The notes below the pieces were generated by a model. The model had not been told where the DNA came from, did not search any database, and saw only the letters and a program-made list of their open reading frames with translations. Positions 52,319-64,000 of a stretch of 64,000 nucleotides of DNA are shown here, one piece after another. Position 1 is the stretch's first letter, and each line of letters starts with the position of its first letter. A program made the position numbers and the translations under genes. Origin of the DNA: Octopus bimaculoides (taxonomy: Eukaryota). The DNA lies in the NCBI RefSeq assembly GCF_001194135.2, contig NC_068981.1, positions 68,127,287 to 68,191,286 on the forward strand. The letters are read 5' to 3'.

Positions 52319-52320
<2 letters not shown>
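51990..52320 (+). mobile_element. Nested pair of the ~200-bp SINE-like repeat (young, best preserved copy 52081-52320)
   Basis: Core gtcgattatatcgaccccagtgcgtaactggtacttaatttatcgaccccgaaaggatgaaaggtaaagtcgacctcggcggaatttgaactcagaacg. The second copy starts at gaaatacc|tatttctttac inside the first. Confidence 0.8.
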
Positions 52321-52377
<57 letters not shown>

Positions 52378-52781
52378 CAGAGAGAGTGTGCGTGTGCGTG
52401 TGTGTGTGCGTGCGTGTGTGTGTGAGTGTTTCTGTAGGAAAGATTTATATCGTATTAATTTTCTGAGAGGCTGCATCTAACAAAATTAATTAAATAGACG
52501 GGACGCCTTCTATGCTTTTTAATTAGCTTCTTAATTAAAAGTTAAAATAATCACCACGAGATAGCAGTGATTATTCTAGCATTCATAGCAGTATCGTGTG
52601 TATATAAAGTGTCATCATGGAAGGTTTGCAACTTTCGAAATTTTCGATCAAGTTTTAGTATGTACTTTGAAAATGGTAAAGACGATCATAGTTTCGACAG
52701 ATTTATTACTTACCATACTTCAGTATATTTGGTTTTGTATTTGTCATCGAATGTCTTAAATTTTGAAAGTAAATACGTAAA

Positions 52782-52908
52782 TAAGTAAGTAAGTAAGTAA
52801 GTAATTTAAAGTTATATTACAGATCGGAGAACAATTTTCTTGATTTAATATTTAAATAAAGAAAATTATTCTCCGATCTGCAATATAACTTTTACTTACT
52901 TACTTACT

Positions 52909-52911
<3 letters not shown>
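52782..52911. repeat. Fold-back element: (TAAG)n - 34-bp arm - 17-nt spacer - 34-bp arm - (CTTA)n
   Basis: 52808-52841 aaagttatattacagatcggagaacaattttctt versus the reverse complement of 52859-52892 aaagttatattgcagatcggagaataattttctt: 32/34 identical. Confidence 0.9.
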
Positions 52912-52948
<37 letters not shown>

Positions 52949-52980
52949 GCTGCTGCCGCTGCTGCCGCTGCTACTGCAGA

Positions 52981-53043
<63 letters not shown>

Positions 53044-53060
53044 CATAATAATAATAATAA

Positions 53061-55430
53061 TACGCTCGACGAGATTAGGGGTCCCAAAATACCAGGAGCG
53101 ATCGAGAAGTAGATACAGAGAATGCTGACGAAGCTGCACTTAATTGAGAATTACTGGGTGGTGTATAATGCCTCAAGGTCTGAGTTTAAACAAGGACTAA
53201 ATAAGGAAGACGAAGAAATGATCGAATTCATTACTAGGAATATAGATAGAAATATGCTCAGGGAATGCAGCCATAAGTTGAGTAGATTCCTGGAAGAAAT
53301 CAAAACAAGTAATATAACCGGAACGAAGAGAGAGATTAAAGCCTAAATCATCTGTTTAGGAAATAACGTAGGCTTCGAATCAAACCGTAAATGTGGGAAT
53401 AAAGCAGAAAAACCCTTGGTGGAATAGAAGTATAATACAATCAATGAACGAACTACGAAAGCATATCACCATCTTGGAAAGAAAGAAAAAAGTGAATTCA
53501 AGAGGGAGGAGAAATATCAGGAATGTAGATAAAGAATAAAAGAAAAACGGCCTAAATGTAGTTCTTGAAGAGCTAAAACAAAGAGTTCAGTCGAAAGTGA
53601 CAAAGATCATGAGATATGACCAAATAATTGAACAATAAAATGTCAACAGATTGTTCCAACAAGACCAGAAGAAGGATTTATCAACAGCTGAATGGAAAAG
53701 TTAACAGCAGTGAGAGACCAGACGCTGAAGAAAGTAAAAGGTTTTGAAGTAACATCTCGGATAATGGATGAAAGCATAACAAAGATGCTAAATGGTTGAA
53801 GGAATTAAGTTCGGAAAAATATGAACTGAAACAGCAATGTTAGAATAACGTCTGAAATGGTAATCGGACAGGCAATAAAGCTCCCAAACTGGAAATGCCC
53901 AGGACCGGATGGGGTACAAGAATATTGGCTGAAAAATTTCCCAGTACTACACAGAAGAATAGCCACGCAATTAGATAAAATGATCAACAGCGGTATACAA
54001 ATTCGAAAGAGGTGACCACAGATAATACAATTGTTTGCCAAAATGATGCCAACAAGCGTAGTTCAGTAGATCATTAACGGCCTATCGCCTGTCTGTCCCT
54101 GATGTAGAAGCTGATGACAGGAATAATATCTGATTATGTATATAAGTTCCTGGAATTGAATAATAAACTGCCAGTGGAACAGAAAGGGCGCTGAAGGAAA
54201 AGCTGAGGGACAAAATACCAACTTCTGATACACAGGACAGTACTGAACAACTGCAAGAAAAGACGTGCTAATATGGGTATGGTGTAGATCGATTAAAGAA
54301 TGTCTATAACCTGGTCCCCACTTTCAGAAAGTAGAGAGCTGGCACGTGTATCTGATAACAAGATTAGGGTATCAATGAAAAACTGGAATACAGAGTTAAC
54401 TTCATGTGGAAAATTTTTGGAGAGCTTTAACATCAAGAGAGGCATATTTCAAGGAGATAGCCTGTCACCAATGCCGTTTGTCATTTGTATGATGTGTTTC
54501 ACACAGATACTACGGAAAATGACATCATAGTACACCTTGAAAGTGGCGGAAAATTAAATCACCGGAAAATTAAATCATCTGTTATAAATGGAAGATTTAA
54601 AGATCTTTGGAATGACCGAATGTGAAATAAATGTCTAATTTCAACAGTGCCGATATTCAGTAAAGATATCGGAATGGAATATGGGAGTAAAAAGTTATGT
54701 ATACTTGTAATACAAAGAGACAACGTAGTGTAGCCTGATGGTGTAGAGCTACCCAACAGCGGGAACATCGAGGATATTGAAACTAATGGATATACGTATC
54801 CGGGAAATTTAGAATAAGATAAAATCAAGGAAAATGAAATGAAAGAAAGCTTTAAGCGAGAATATCTCAGAAGAACCAAGTAAATTATGGGAAGCAGACT
54901 CAATGGAAAACAAAATCAGGGCAATGAACACATGGGATGTTTATTTAATGTAATACGGTGCAGGTGTTTTTAGGTAAACATAGAGGCAGTTTGAAGAAAT
55001 GGACAGGAAAACTAGAAAAGTGATGATAAATAACAATGAACTACACCCACAAAAGCGATGCAGACAGATGGAAGTGCCTCCTAGCGGGTGTGGATGAAGT
55101 CTTATAGGATGCAGGATCTGTATTATCAACGAGGATTTTTCTGCTTTATTCCCACATTTACGGTTTGATTCGAAGCCTACGTTATTTCCTAAACAGATGT
55201 ACTATCGCAATAGTACATCAAAAATAAGTGTGAACCTTTATAATAATAATCATGACAATAATTGTGGATGTAGCCTACTGCCACAGAAAGAATCTTAGAA
55301 AAGATATGACAATCTAGGGAAAGAAATCTACTGAGAGCTATGTAGAAAGATAGGATTTGAAGAAACCGATAAATGGTATGATCATGAACCTAGTAATGTA
55401 CTAGAAAGTACGAAATGTTGCGGGAATTCC
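53061..55430 (+). mobile_element. R4/Dong-clade LINE, ~2.4-kb decayed copy with internal deletion-insertion
   Basis: KP(W)WNRR, LPNWKCPGPDGVQEYWLKNF, RPIACLSLM, GIFQGDSLSPMPFVICM, NHLL*MEDLKIF, IGMEYG and MDRKTRKVMI, then CSLLPQKES*KRYDNLGKEIY*ELCRKIGFEETDKWYDHEPSNVLES. It starts after (TAA)n at 53010-53060. Confidence 0.85.
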
Positions 55431-55815
55431 AAAAATATTTAAATCTGTAAAGATTTTCAAAAGTACTTTTAAATGTACACTCTAGCAAACAGCTTCTACT
55501 GTCATCTTAACATCACGCTATCATCTTGTAATCAAATTACTTTTAAAAGGAACTTCTAATTTTATTATGTTTTGTAAGACATTTTGTGCACAACCAAAAA
55601 TATGGTACACTAGTCATAACACCAACTCGAGCTTGTCTCTTCAGGTCGCTGGGTTAGACTTGAAGTCAACTGGTACAAATACAAAGAAAGAGCCAAAACT
55701 ATAATAATAAAAAAATAATAATGACGATGACGATGATGATGATGATGATGATGTTAACAACAAAAACATCCACAACAACAGCAATTACAATAACAATAAT
55801 AATAATAATAATAAC

Positions 55816-55873
<58 letters not shown>

Positions 55874-55875
<2 letters not shown>

Positions 55876-56026
55876 TGCACTACTGGGTACTGCACACATT
55901 CTACGCAAAACACTTTCAATACAGTAAACATAAGAGCACCACAGCAAACCACAGCACATACCCAAGGCACACAGTGCTGCGCTCGGTAGTGAAGTGAAAG
56001 CACGTTATAAAAATAAAACTACTGAA
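55874..56026 (+). mobile_element. 153-bp 5'-truncated R4/Dong 3' end embedded in (TAA)n
   Basis: IALLGTAHILRKTLSIQ* plus 3' UTR. I counted about 8 differences from the reverse complement of 37597-37770. (TAA)n lies on both sides. Confidence 0.9.
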
Positions 56027-56027
56027 C

Positions 56028-56072
<45 letters not shown>

Positions 56073-57264
56073 CATTATAATAACAATAATAATATTAATA
56101 ATAATAGGCTAAATCGACACAGATGAACAGTCCAGTGAATTGAACAATATCAGATAAAAACTTTGTTCCAACAAGATCAGAAAATGGTTTATTAGCAGCT
56201 GAATGGAAAGGTTAACAATAGTGCGAGATCCCGCGCGCGAGCAATTGCTCGTATAAGCGTGCGGGTGTACGCGCACAGAGGCATCTATGTGTAAACATGT
56301 TTAAGTATGTGAGGTATATTTGATGAACTTCTTAAACAAAATATAAAGTACTCAGTACATGGCATAAGCTCTTAGTTTCTAACTGGGACAAATCTTTTGC
56401 TGAAACATTTTATTACTATACTTGAAAACTAGCCTTTTCTTCTGTGTGGTGTAAATGGAAATGTATTGATGTTATGGGGCTTGCCTTTGGTGAATGACCA
56501 AGTGATTGCTATTTCATCATAAACACAAAACTCTGTTCTGGAATTCTGCTCGACTGGACACGAGTGAGATATGCTAAAGGAGGAAATTTTCAATGCGCAA
56601 TGGAGAATTTACGCATTCAGTAACTGTAAACTGAAAATTCGCTTAATTTTGAGTTTCTGCTGAAGTCATTTGCATTCTCTGCCCATATTAGTTGCATGAA
56701 CCATACAATTTTCTATTTGTACATCGCATAAAATGTTATATAGACAAATAATAATACATGCCGATATCTTCTTTCCATGGATTAGTTGATATTGCAAAAT
56801 ATATATACTATATTGTGGTAAAATAAAAACAGCGGCAATATATATTATTAAAAAAGAAAACAGTAAATGTAATTCTATTTTCCGGATGGCTAGTATCTGA
56901 TTATTTGTCAGAGATGAGAGATTCCCACACAGTTAAGGCTACTCATACACATGTAACGCAAATGTTACAATGATTTTGAGCAAATTTATCACTCTAAACA
57001 TATATATATATATATATATATANNNNNNNNNNNNNNNNNNNNNNNNNNNNNNNNNNNNNNNNNNNNNNNNNNNNNNNNNNNNNNNNNNNNNNNNNNNNNN
57101 NNNNNNNNNNNNNNNNNNNNNNNNNNNNNNNNNNNNNNNNNNNNNNNNNNNNNNNNNNNNNNNNNNNNNNNNNNNNNNNNNNNNNNNNNNNNNNNNNNNN
57201 NNNNNNNNNNNNNNNNNNNNNNNNNNNNNNNNNNNNNNNNNNNGTGTGTGCGTGCGTATATGTT

Positions 57265-57687
57265 TTATATTTTTTCAGTTATTTCAGTCATTTGACTGCG
57301 ACTCTGCTACCGCAACACTTCGGAGAGTTTTTAGTAGAACAAATTGGCCCTAGTACGTAGTATATTTGAAGTCTAGAAATTATTCTATCGGTCGCTTTTA
57401 CGGACTCGTAAATTATAGACGGATACGCACCATCGCCAGCTGTGAAGGATTTGTGGGAGACAAACACAGACGTAAAGACACCCCCCCACACACACACACA
57501 CACACTCACACAGAGATGTATACATATATACCAAGGCTTCTTTCGGCTGTTGTCTACCAAATCCACTCACAAGTATTTGGTCGGTCTGATGTTATGGTAG
57601 AAAACACCAGCCCGAGGTGCCACGCAGTTGGACGGATTCCTGAACCATGTGGTTGAGAAGGAAGCTTCTTTCCACACGCCCACTCCT
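57265..57687 (-). mobile_element. Full-length copy of the major tRNA-derived SINE
   Basis: Minus strand: head aggagtgggcgtgtgg...ccacatggttcaggaatccgtcc, then gcgtggcacctcgggc...gaccaaatacttgtgagtggatttggtagac, an internal microsatellite and the tail ...gcagtcaaatgactgaaataac. Confidence 0.75.
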
Positions 57688-57701
57688 AGTCCTATATATG
57701 A

Positions 57702-57830
57702 GAGTGGATTTGGTAGGCCACTTCGAGAGAAGCCTTCGTATATATGTATATATCTATGTGTGTGTGTGTGTGTCTTTATGCCTGTGTTTGTCTCCCACAA
57801 ATCCTTCACAACTGATGGTGGTATGTATCT
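57702..57830 (+). mobile_element. Partial inverted copy of the adjacent SINE
   Basis: gagtggatttggtag...(TA/TG)n...tgtgtttgtctcccacaaatccttcacaactgatggtggtatgtatc mirrors 57422-57568. Confidence 0.75.
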
Positions 57831-58019
57831 CGCGATGTTGGTACTTGTTATAGGCTGGTCGGGTTTCGGTCGCCCTCCAAACAATATATTGTATATAACG
57901 GGTACAAAGTCGCAAGAATAACCAGCTGGCGGAGATTCTGCCTGGGGTTAACCAGCAGTAACATTCAACAGCCACTTTGATGTGTGTGTGTGTGTCTTCA
58001 ATTGCTCAAACAGTATAGC

Positions 58020-58930
58020 CATCTACTTGACGGTCATGCTGATATAAAAGTTTCTCAGAGAATACAAAATCCTGGACATGTTTCACACTTACAACATGAG
58101 TCGGAGGCTATATACAGGTGAGCGAGGACATTAAAATTCCGTTCCCTGTGTGCTAATAGCACTGGTCTACCAGCATACGACACTGAATGAAATACATAAA
58201 GGATGCACTAGCCCAGGAGGGATTGTAATCTCAAAATCAAATCAGTGCATGACCTGGGCATTGTCACGGGTAATGGTGTATCTTTCTAGGTGCATATTAC
58301 TAGGTTCGAAGAGCATGCTGACGGCTGCGCAGATGGGTCCTTAGAACGTTCAAAACAAGAGAACATCAAACTATAATGTTTCTACGGAAGACATTTGTCC
58401 TCGGCCGTTTAGATTACTTCTTCCATCTACGGTCACTTAAAAGTGTCAAATTAACGGAAGATCTCGAAGCATTCCAGCGAATCTACACAAAACAGATCGT
58501 CTCAGTGTGACAGATCAGCTACCGAGAGAGGCTAAGAAAAGAAAGTCTCTACTCTCTAGAATAATGGCAGAAAACATATGTAGTGATATACATCTGGAAA
58601 GTCCTGACAGGATGTGTAACAATCTTTGGTATTGAAAAATTACAAAAACACCAGAGCGGGTCACCACTGCATGGTGCTAAAAATCCCAGCTTTGCCATCA
58701 AGATACAGGAACAGACGCTGCAACAGCTTGGATTTCAAAGGTCAACAGCTTCCAACGTCCTCCCAAAAGGCTTCAGAGATGTCCATGTGATCGATGTAGA
58801 CACCTTCAACGCTGAACTGGAACTTCACCTGTCGAAAGTTCCGGATAAACCAAGCTCGTAGAAGGCAGCACGAATGAGGGTAGTAATATCAAACTGCCCC
58901 TTTGACAAAACACCACATATGAGAGGAGGT
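58020..58930 (+). mobile_element. CR1-clade LINE ORF2 3' portion, decayed
   Basis: (G)WVLRTFKTREHQTIMFLRKTFVLGRLDY...LEAFQRIYTKQI..ISYRERLRKESLYSLE*...VIYIWKVLTG matches the CR1-type pattern WILRTF..R....L.L.KSLV..RLDY..LE.VQR..TK...LSY.ERL..L.LYSLE.RR. Confidence 0.75.
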
Positions 58931-59045
58931 CTCAGGTAGTGAAAATGTATGAAGGCTGACGCTGGTGCGCCAGCATTGCTCCATCTCTTTACGGCTAAAA
59001 CGAATAGTAGAAAAATTAAAGAATCAATTACACACACACGCACAA

Positions 59046-59076
<31 letters not shown>

Positions 59077-60587
59077 CATAAAAACACACACGTACACACA
59101 CACACACATAAATATATATGCGCACATATACACACATACATAAATATACATTCGAAACTATATACACAGCAAGATATGCGGTGTTCTATATCCGATGCTT
59201 TTTTTTATGAACACATGTCGTCTGCGTCAATACGTCTCTTTGCATGGAAACTTACTTTCATATACGTATGTTTATACCTAGACACTTATTGCAAGTATGT
59301 ATAGATGTTCGTTTATGGGTTGTGTGTGTGTGTTTTTGAGTGCGTATTTATATATGTGTGTGTGTATGTGTCTGTGAGTGTGTGTGCTTGTGCGTGCGCG
59401 TATATGCTTGTATATAAAAACACTCCTGTTCAGCGTGCCATCATTAAATCTCGCAACTTGAAGTTCCATTAAAAATTCATTGCACTTAAGTATTTACCGG
59501 AAAATGCTACTTTTCACCGGATATTAGTCCCGCCACCTGCATGATACATATTCACGTACATACATACATAAATACATATATACATACACATACATTTATA
59601 TAGATAAATACATTTATCTTTCATCTCTGTATAAAACCCAGTCCTTCACCTTTTCTCCCACTCTCCCGCTCTATAACACTCTTTCTTTCTCGATATATAC
59701 ATGTGATTGTGTCTGTGTGAGTTTGTGTGCATGTCTGTTTATAAGTGTTGCTGTATTTTTGCAAATGTATGAGTCGAATGCATATATACCCACAGTGGAG
59801 ATAGAATAAACGAGAACTAACCACTGTAAATGAATGTATTGAAATATCTCTGCAGATTCCTGTATTATGTTGGTTTAGTATATACGTGTGTATTTAATTC
59901 AAATTTTTATACATTTATATATTTTTGCCTTCCTTTGTGTTATCTTGTTGCTGCACAAAAAGAATAACGTCTATTTATTTTTTCTTGTCTGCAACACTAG
60001 CGTCAATATGGATATGTTAAGCACTAGCATGAGGAGAGGACATAGTAAATGATAGCCAAAAATGTTTTTAGAGAATACATTATATACGTTCGAATATTTT
60101 TCTAGGAACTCACATTATCCAAGTTCACCGTTTACTATTGGTGAATCTAATTTTTGTCATTTACACAAACAGTCACGCAAAAGACACAGATGCATATAAT
60201 TATATATAATGTGTGTATATATNNNNNNNNNNNNNNNNNNNNNNNNNNNNNNNNNNNNNNNNNNNNNNNNNNNNNNNNNNNNNNNNNNNNNNNNNNNNNN
60301 NNNNNNNNNNNNNNNNNNNNNNNNNNNNNNNNNNNNNNNNNNNNNNNNNNNNNNNNNNNNNNNNNNNNNNNNNNNNNNNNNNNNNNNNNNNNNNNNNNNN
60401 NNNNNNNNNNNNNNNNNNNNNNNNNNNNNNNNNNNNNNNNNNNNNNNNNNNNNNNNNNNNNNNNNNNNNNNNNNNNNNNNNNNNNNNNNNNNTATATATG
60501 TATATGCATGCATGTATGCATATATGAGTGCCTGTTCTATATTTACACATATACAATCAGGCACATATATTTGTTTTGTGAATTATT

Positions 60588-60639
<52 letters not shown>

Positions 60640-61254
60640 TTTGTGTGTGCATATGTATATAAATGTGTATGTATATATGTATCTATCTATTTATCTATCT
60701 AAATATGTATCTATCTATCTATCTATCTCTCTTCTATATATGTGTGTGTATGTTTTTATGAGTTTGCTTATGTGTATATGTAGACATATGTGCGTATGTA
60801 TACATGTATAAACATACATCTCCACATATAGTGATAAGCTTACATACCCTTATCACCATGATATGCATCAAAACTCTCTTCTCCTACCATCTCCCACATC
60901 ATCATCATTATCATCATTTCCAGTTATATCATTCTCAACGTTATTGCTTTCTCGTTTCTTGTTGGAATAAATAAATGGTAATAAATAAAGATGGAAAGAG
61001 TTGTGATAGGGGGGAAAAAAAGCATTTATTTCATCTTAACGAAGCCATTAACAAGTTAAAAACTGTTAATCACACAGGGGTTTCTAGTGTATTGGAAGGT
61101 AATATAAATGGTGAAGTTTGGCAAGTGAAAAACGATTTCAATTCTTTTTCCTTTATATATAATTTTTTCCGTCCTCTTTCTTCATCTATTGACAAAGAAT
61201 TTAATATATCAACGATTCATTTAGAAATATCAAAAGCATAAACTGCAACTGCAC

Positions 61255-61286
<32 letters not shown>

Positions 61287-61294
61287 TATTATTA

Positions 61295-61977
61295 TTTCTA
61301 ATATATGCACAAGGCCTAACATTTGAGCGAGGAGCAAAGTCATTTTCATCGACGCCGGCGTTTCACTGGTTCTGTATTTATCGGCCCATAGAGAATGAAA
61401 GGTAAATTCAACGTCGGCAGAATATGTATTCAGGACGTAGTGACAGACGAAATATCGCTAAATACTTCGCCTGGCGTGCTAACGATTCTGCCAAATCGGT
61501 GCCTGAAAAATCCTTTCTGCTGGAAGGACAGAGCCTCAAATTTTGGCGGAAGGGTTAAGTCGATTGAAGTGACCTCAATACGTAACTGGTACTAATTTTA
61601 TGGATCCCGAAAGGATGAATGGTAAGGTCGACATCGGCGAAATTCGAACTCGAAACCTAACGACAGACGAAATACCGCTAAGCATTTCGCCGGTCGTGCT
61701 AACGATTCTGCCAGCTCGCCGCCTTAATAATCTTACTAATAATAAATATCATTATAATAATAATGGTTTCAAATTTTGCCACAAGGGCAGCTATTTTGAA
61801 GAAGGGGGTAATCGATTACTTCGATTCCAGTGTTTAACTGGTACTTAATTTATTGACCCCGAAAGAATAAAAGGCAAAGTTCGCCTCGGCAGTATTTGAA
61901 CTCTGAACGTAGCGGCAGAAGAAATACCGCTAAGCAATTCGTCCTGCATGCTATCGATTCTGCAAGCTCACCGCCTT
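61295..61977 (+). mobile_element. Three tandem copies of the ~200-bp (TAA)-tailed repeat
   Basis: Copies at about 61295-61504, 61510-61725 and 61764-61977 share the core and the ...gctaacgattctgcca.ctcgccgcctt end, but have three different 5' heads. Confidence 0.8.
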
Positions 61978-62101
61978 AATAATCATTATAATTATAAATG
62001 GCATTGTAACCATATGTTGAAAGGAATTCTTTGGGGCTTGGATAGTTCAACTCTGGAAATGTAGGTGTTTTGTTCATCATTCATAAACAACCCTGATTCA
62101 C

Positions 62102-62226
62102 GGTTGTTGTTGTTGCTGTTGTTATTATTATTATTTAAAAAAAGTTTATTATTATTATTATTATCATCATCATCATTATCATCATCATTATTATTATTAT
62201 TAATATTATTACTATTATTATTATTA

Positions 62227-62275
<49 letters not shown>

Positions 62276-62312
62276 CGTTGTTGTTGTTGTTGTTACTGTT
62301 GTTGTTGTTGTT

Positions 62313-62344
<32 letters not shown>

Positions 62345-62354
62345 CATTATTATT
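62102..62354. repeat. Compound trinucleotide microsatellite (TTG/TTA/TCA)n
   Basis: Seen directly. It explains the poly-N, poly-L and poly-I/T ORFs in the track. Confidence 0.95.
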
Positions 62355-62439
62355 GAGGGAGAGAGCAGAGGATGCCATCAAATTGACACTGGGGTAAAAT
62401 ATACAAAAGAAAACAAAACAACAGTTCGCTAATGTTTTA

Positions 62440-63290
62440 TAAATACAAAGAATAGTTTTATTCATCAAGGTATGCACTCATATTGTCAATACACTTTTGC
62501 CATTTTAGCGGTAGTTTCTCCGGACCGGAACTGTAAAAGCTTGGCAATCTAGAGTCATTAAAATCTCGGAAGACTTGTTTTACAGCATCGTCAGAATTAA
62601 TTTTTTTCCTATCAAAAAGTTATCCAAATTCTGAAAGAAGAGTTGTCAGTGGGAGAAAGATGAGGTGGGTCTGGTGGATGATGGAGAACTTCCAACTCCA
62701 TATTCTGTAGTTTCGCCAATAGCATTTTTGGGATGAGTGGTGTAGCGTTGTCTTGTAAAATAATATGAGTGGATCTGTTATCTAATCTAGGCTGTTTTTT
62801 TTTTTGTAAGTTCCTGCATCATTCGGTCCTGGTCTGCAGTATACTTCGGCCGTGATTGATGAGCCAGGTTTAATGCGCCAGACCACCAAACCCACACCAT
62901 GAGCTTCTTTTGATGAATATTGCTTTCCAGACTGTGTTCTTGTGGCCCATCTTTTTCCAGTCATTGTGCTGAACGTTTACGGTTGTTGTATTGGTTACAT
63001 TTCTCTTTGCATGTTAAAATTCAATTCAGAAATGATTTATATTTTTGATGAGAAAGTAGCATAATACAGGCTTCCAAACGTTGATGTTTCTGATTTTCAT
63101 TGAGTTCATGCGGAACCCACTTATCCAAATCTTTCACTATATCGATTTGAATTAGGTGAGTCAATATTGTTTGCTTGCTAACGCCAAACAACAACAATAA
63201 TATTCACGAGCACTTTGAGATGGACCTGACTCGATGGCAGCTTTCAGTTCCTCATTATCCACCTTTGTTTCTGGTCGACTACATTTATCT
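62440..63290 (-). mobile_element. Decayed mariner (DD34D-type) transposase
   Basis: Minus strand: SRPETKVDNEELKAAIESGPSQSARE, GSSITAEVYC, ILQDNATP, LEVLHHPPDPPHLSPTD (cf. HPPYSPDLAP.D), NFLIGKKINSDDAVK and EKLPLKWQKCIDN. Confidence 0.8.
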
Positions 63291-64000
63291 TTAAAATTTT
63301 ATTCCACAAAATTAAGCACTATAAAGAGCAGGCGATCAACCTTACGATACGAAGGACAACGGAACAAGCTTTCGTCATTTAGGTTTTAAGACAGCTAGTT
63401 TATCCCTTGTGTATCATCTCTCGTCCATAATCGACACGCACACCTAATCCCGGATCATGTATATCCTGTTGATGTTGGAAATAGCAGCAATAGCTTCTAC
63501 TCAAGCAAGCAGTTGAGCGTGACACAATGCTCACTGTCACTCGTTTTATTCATTGTGACACCATAAAATCAGTGGCTTCAGTTTCCCTAATTTCTGACCT
63601 TTCATTACCTTTATTGGAGCCGACCAATTGTTTGGGACCTAGACCTTTGGTCTTTCAGCATAAAACAATGCTCTACGGCTATACGTTACATGAAATGTGC
63701 ACTCACGTTTCTTAATCATGTCAGAAATCATATACTTTCCTACAGTTACATATTTATTTCAAGTGAAACCCATTACAACTAAAAGAAACACACTTATTCA
63801 AATATGAAAAGTGCTTTTGTATTTCCAAAAGACAGTCAAGTCTTAAATCTTAAAAGTACTATAATAAAAATACAGAATTCAGCCGTCTTTAGTAATTTTA
63901 TTGGCGTTAAACAGCGAACTGACATTTTGTAACACATTGAATAGAGATATTTAGTAGTCATAGATTTAATGCGTTTAAGTTTTTCAAGAGAGGTCAGTAT

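Noticed and set aside
61295-61977. Regularly spaced repeats as a CRISPR-like array
   Set aside because: Units are ~200-bp diverged interspersed repeats in eukaryotic DNA, with no short constant repeat plus unique spacers and no cas genes.

Overview
AT-rich animal genomic DNA from a short-read draft assembly. It has about 20 N-gaps, nearly all bounded by (TA)n, (CA)n, (CT)n or (TAA)n microsatellites. The SINE-like repeats and microsatellite load resemble, from memory, a coleoid cephalopod, most likely Octopus; this is inference and was not searched. I recognise no intact host protein-coding gene, rRNA, true tRNA or CRISPR array. Most ORFs in the track are microsatellite or N-run artefacts, and the real coding signal belongs to decayed mobile elements. 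These are a well-preserved 5'-truncated Penelope-like element (RT + GIY-YIG, 5.07-6.65 kb), two older Penelope-like remnants, about nine R4/Dong-clade non-LTR fragments, RTE and CR1-like LINE 3' ends, Tc1/mariner remnants, two tRNA-headed SINE families and a headless ~200-bp (TAA)-tailed repeat. The most notable structures are: (1) orientation-locked chains of retroelements inserted in (TAA)n; (2) an exact 64-bp inverted templated copy replacing part of a decayed LINE; (3) an isolated pre-miRNA-like hairpin at 14.44-14.52 kb; (4) a double fold-back at 52.8-53.0 kb; (5) an inverted SINE pair that could form dsRNA. I found no evidence strong enough to claim a new biological system.
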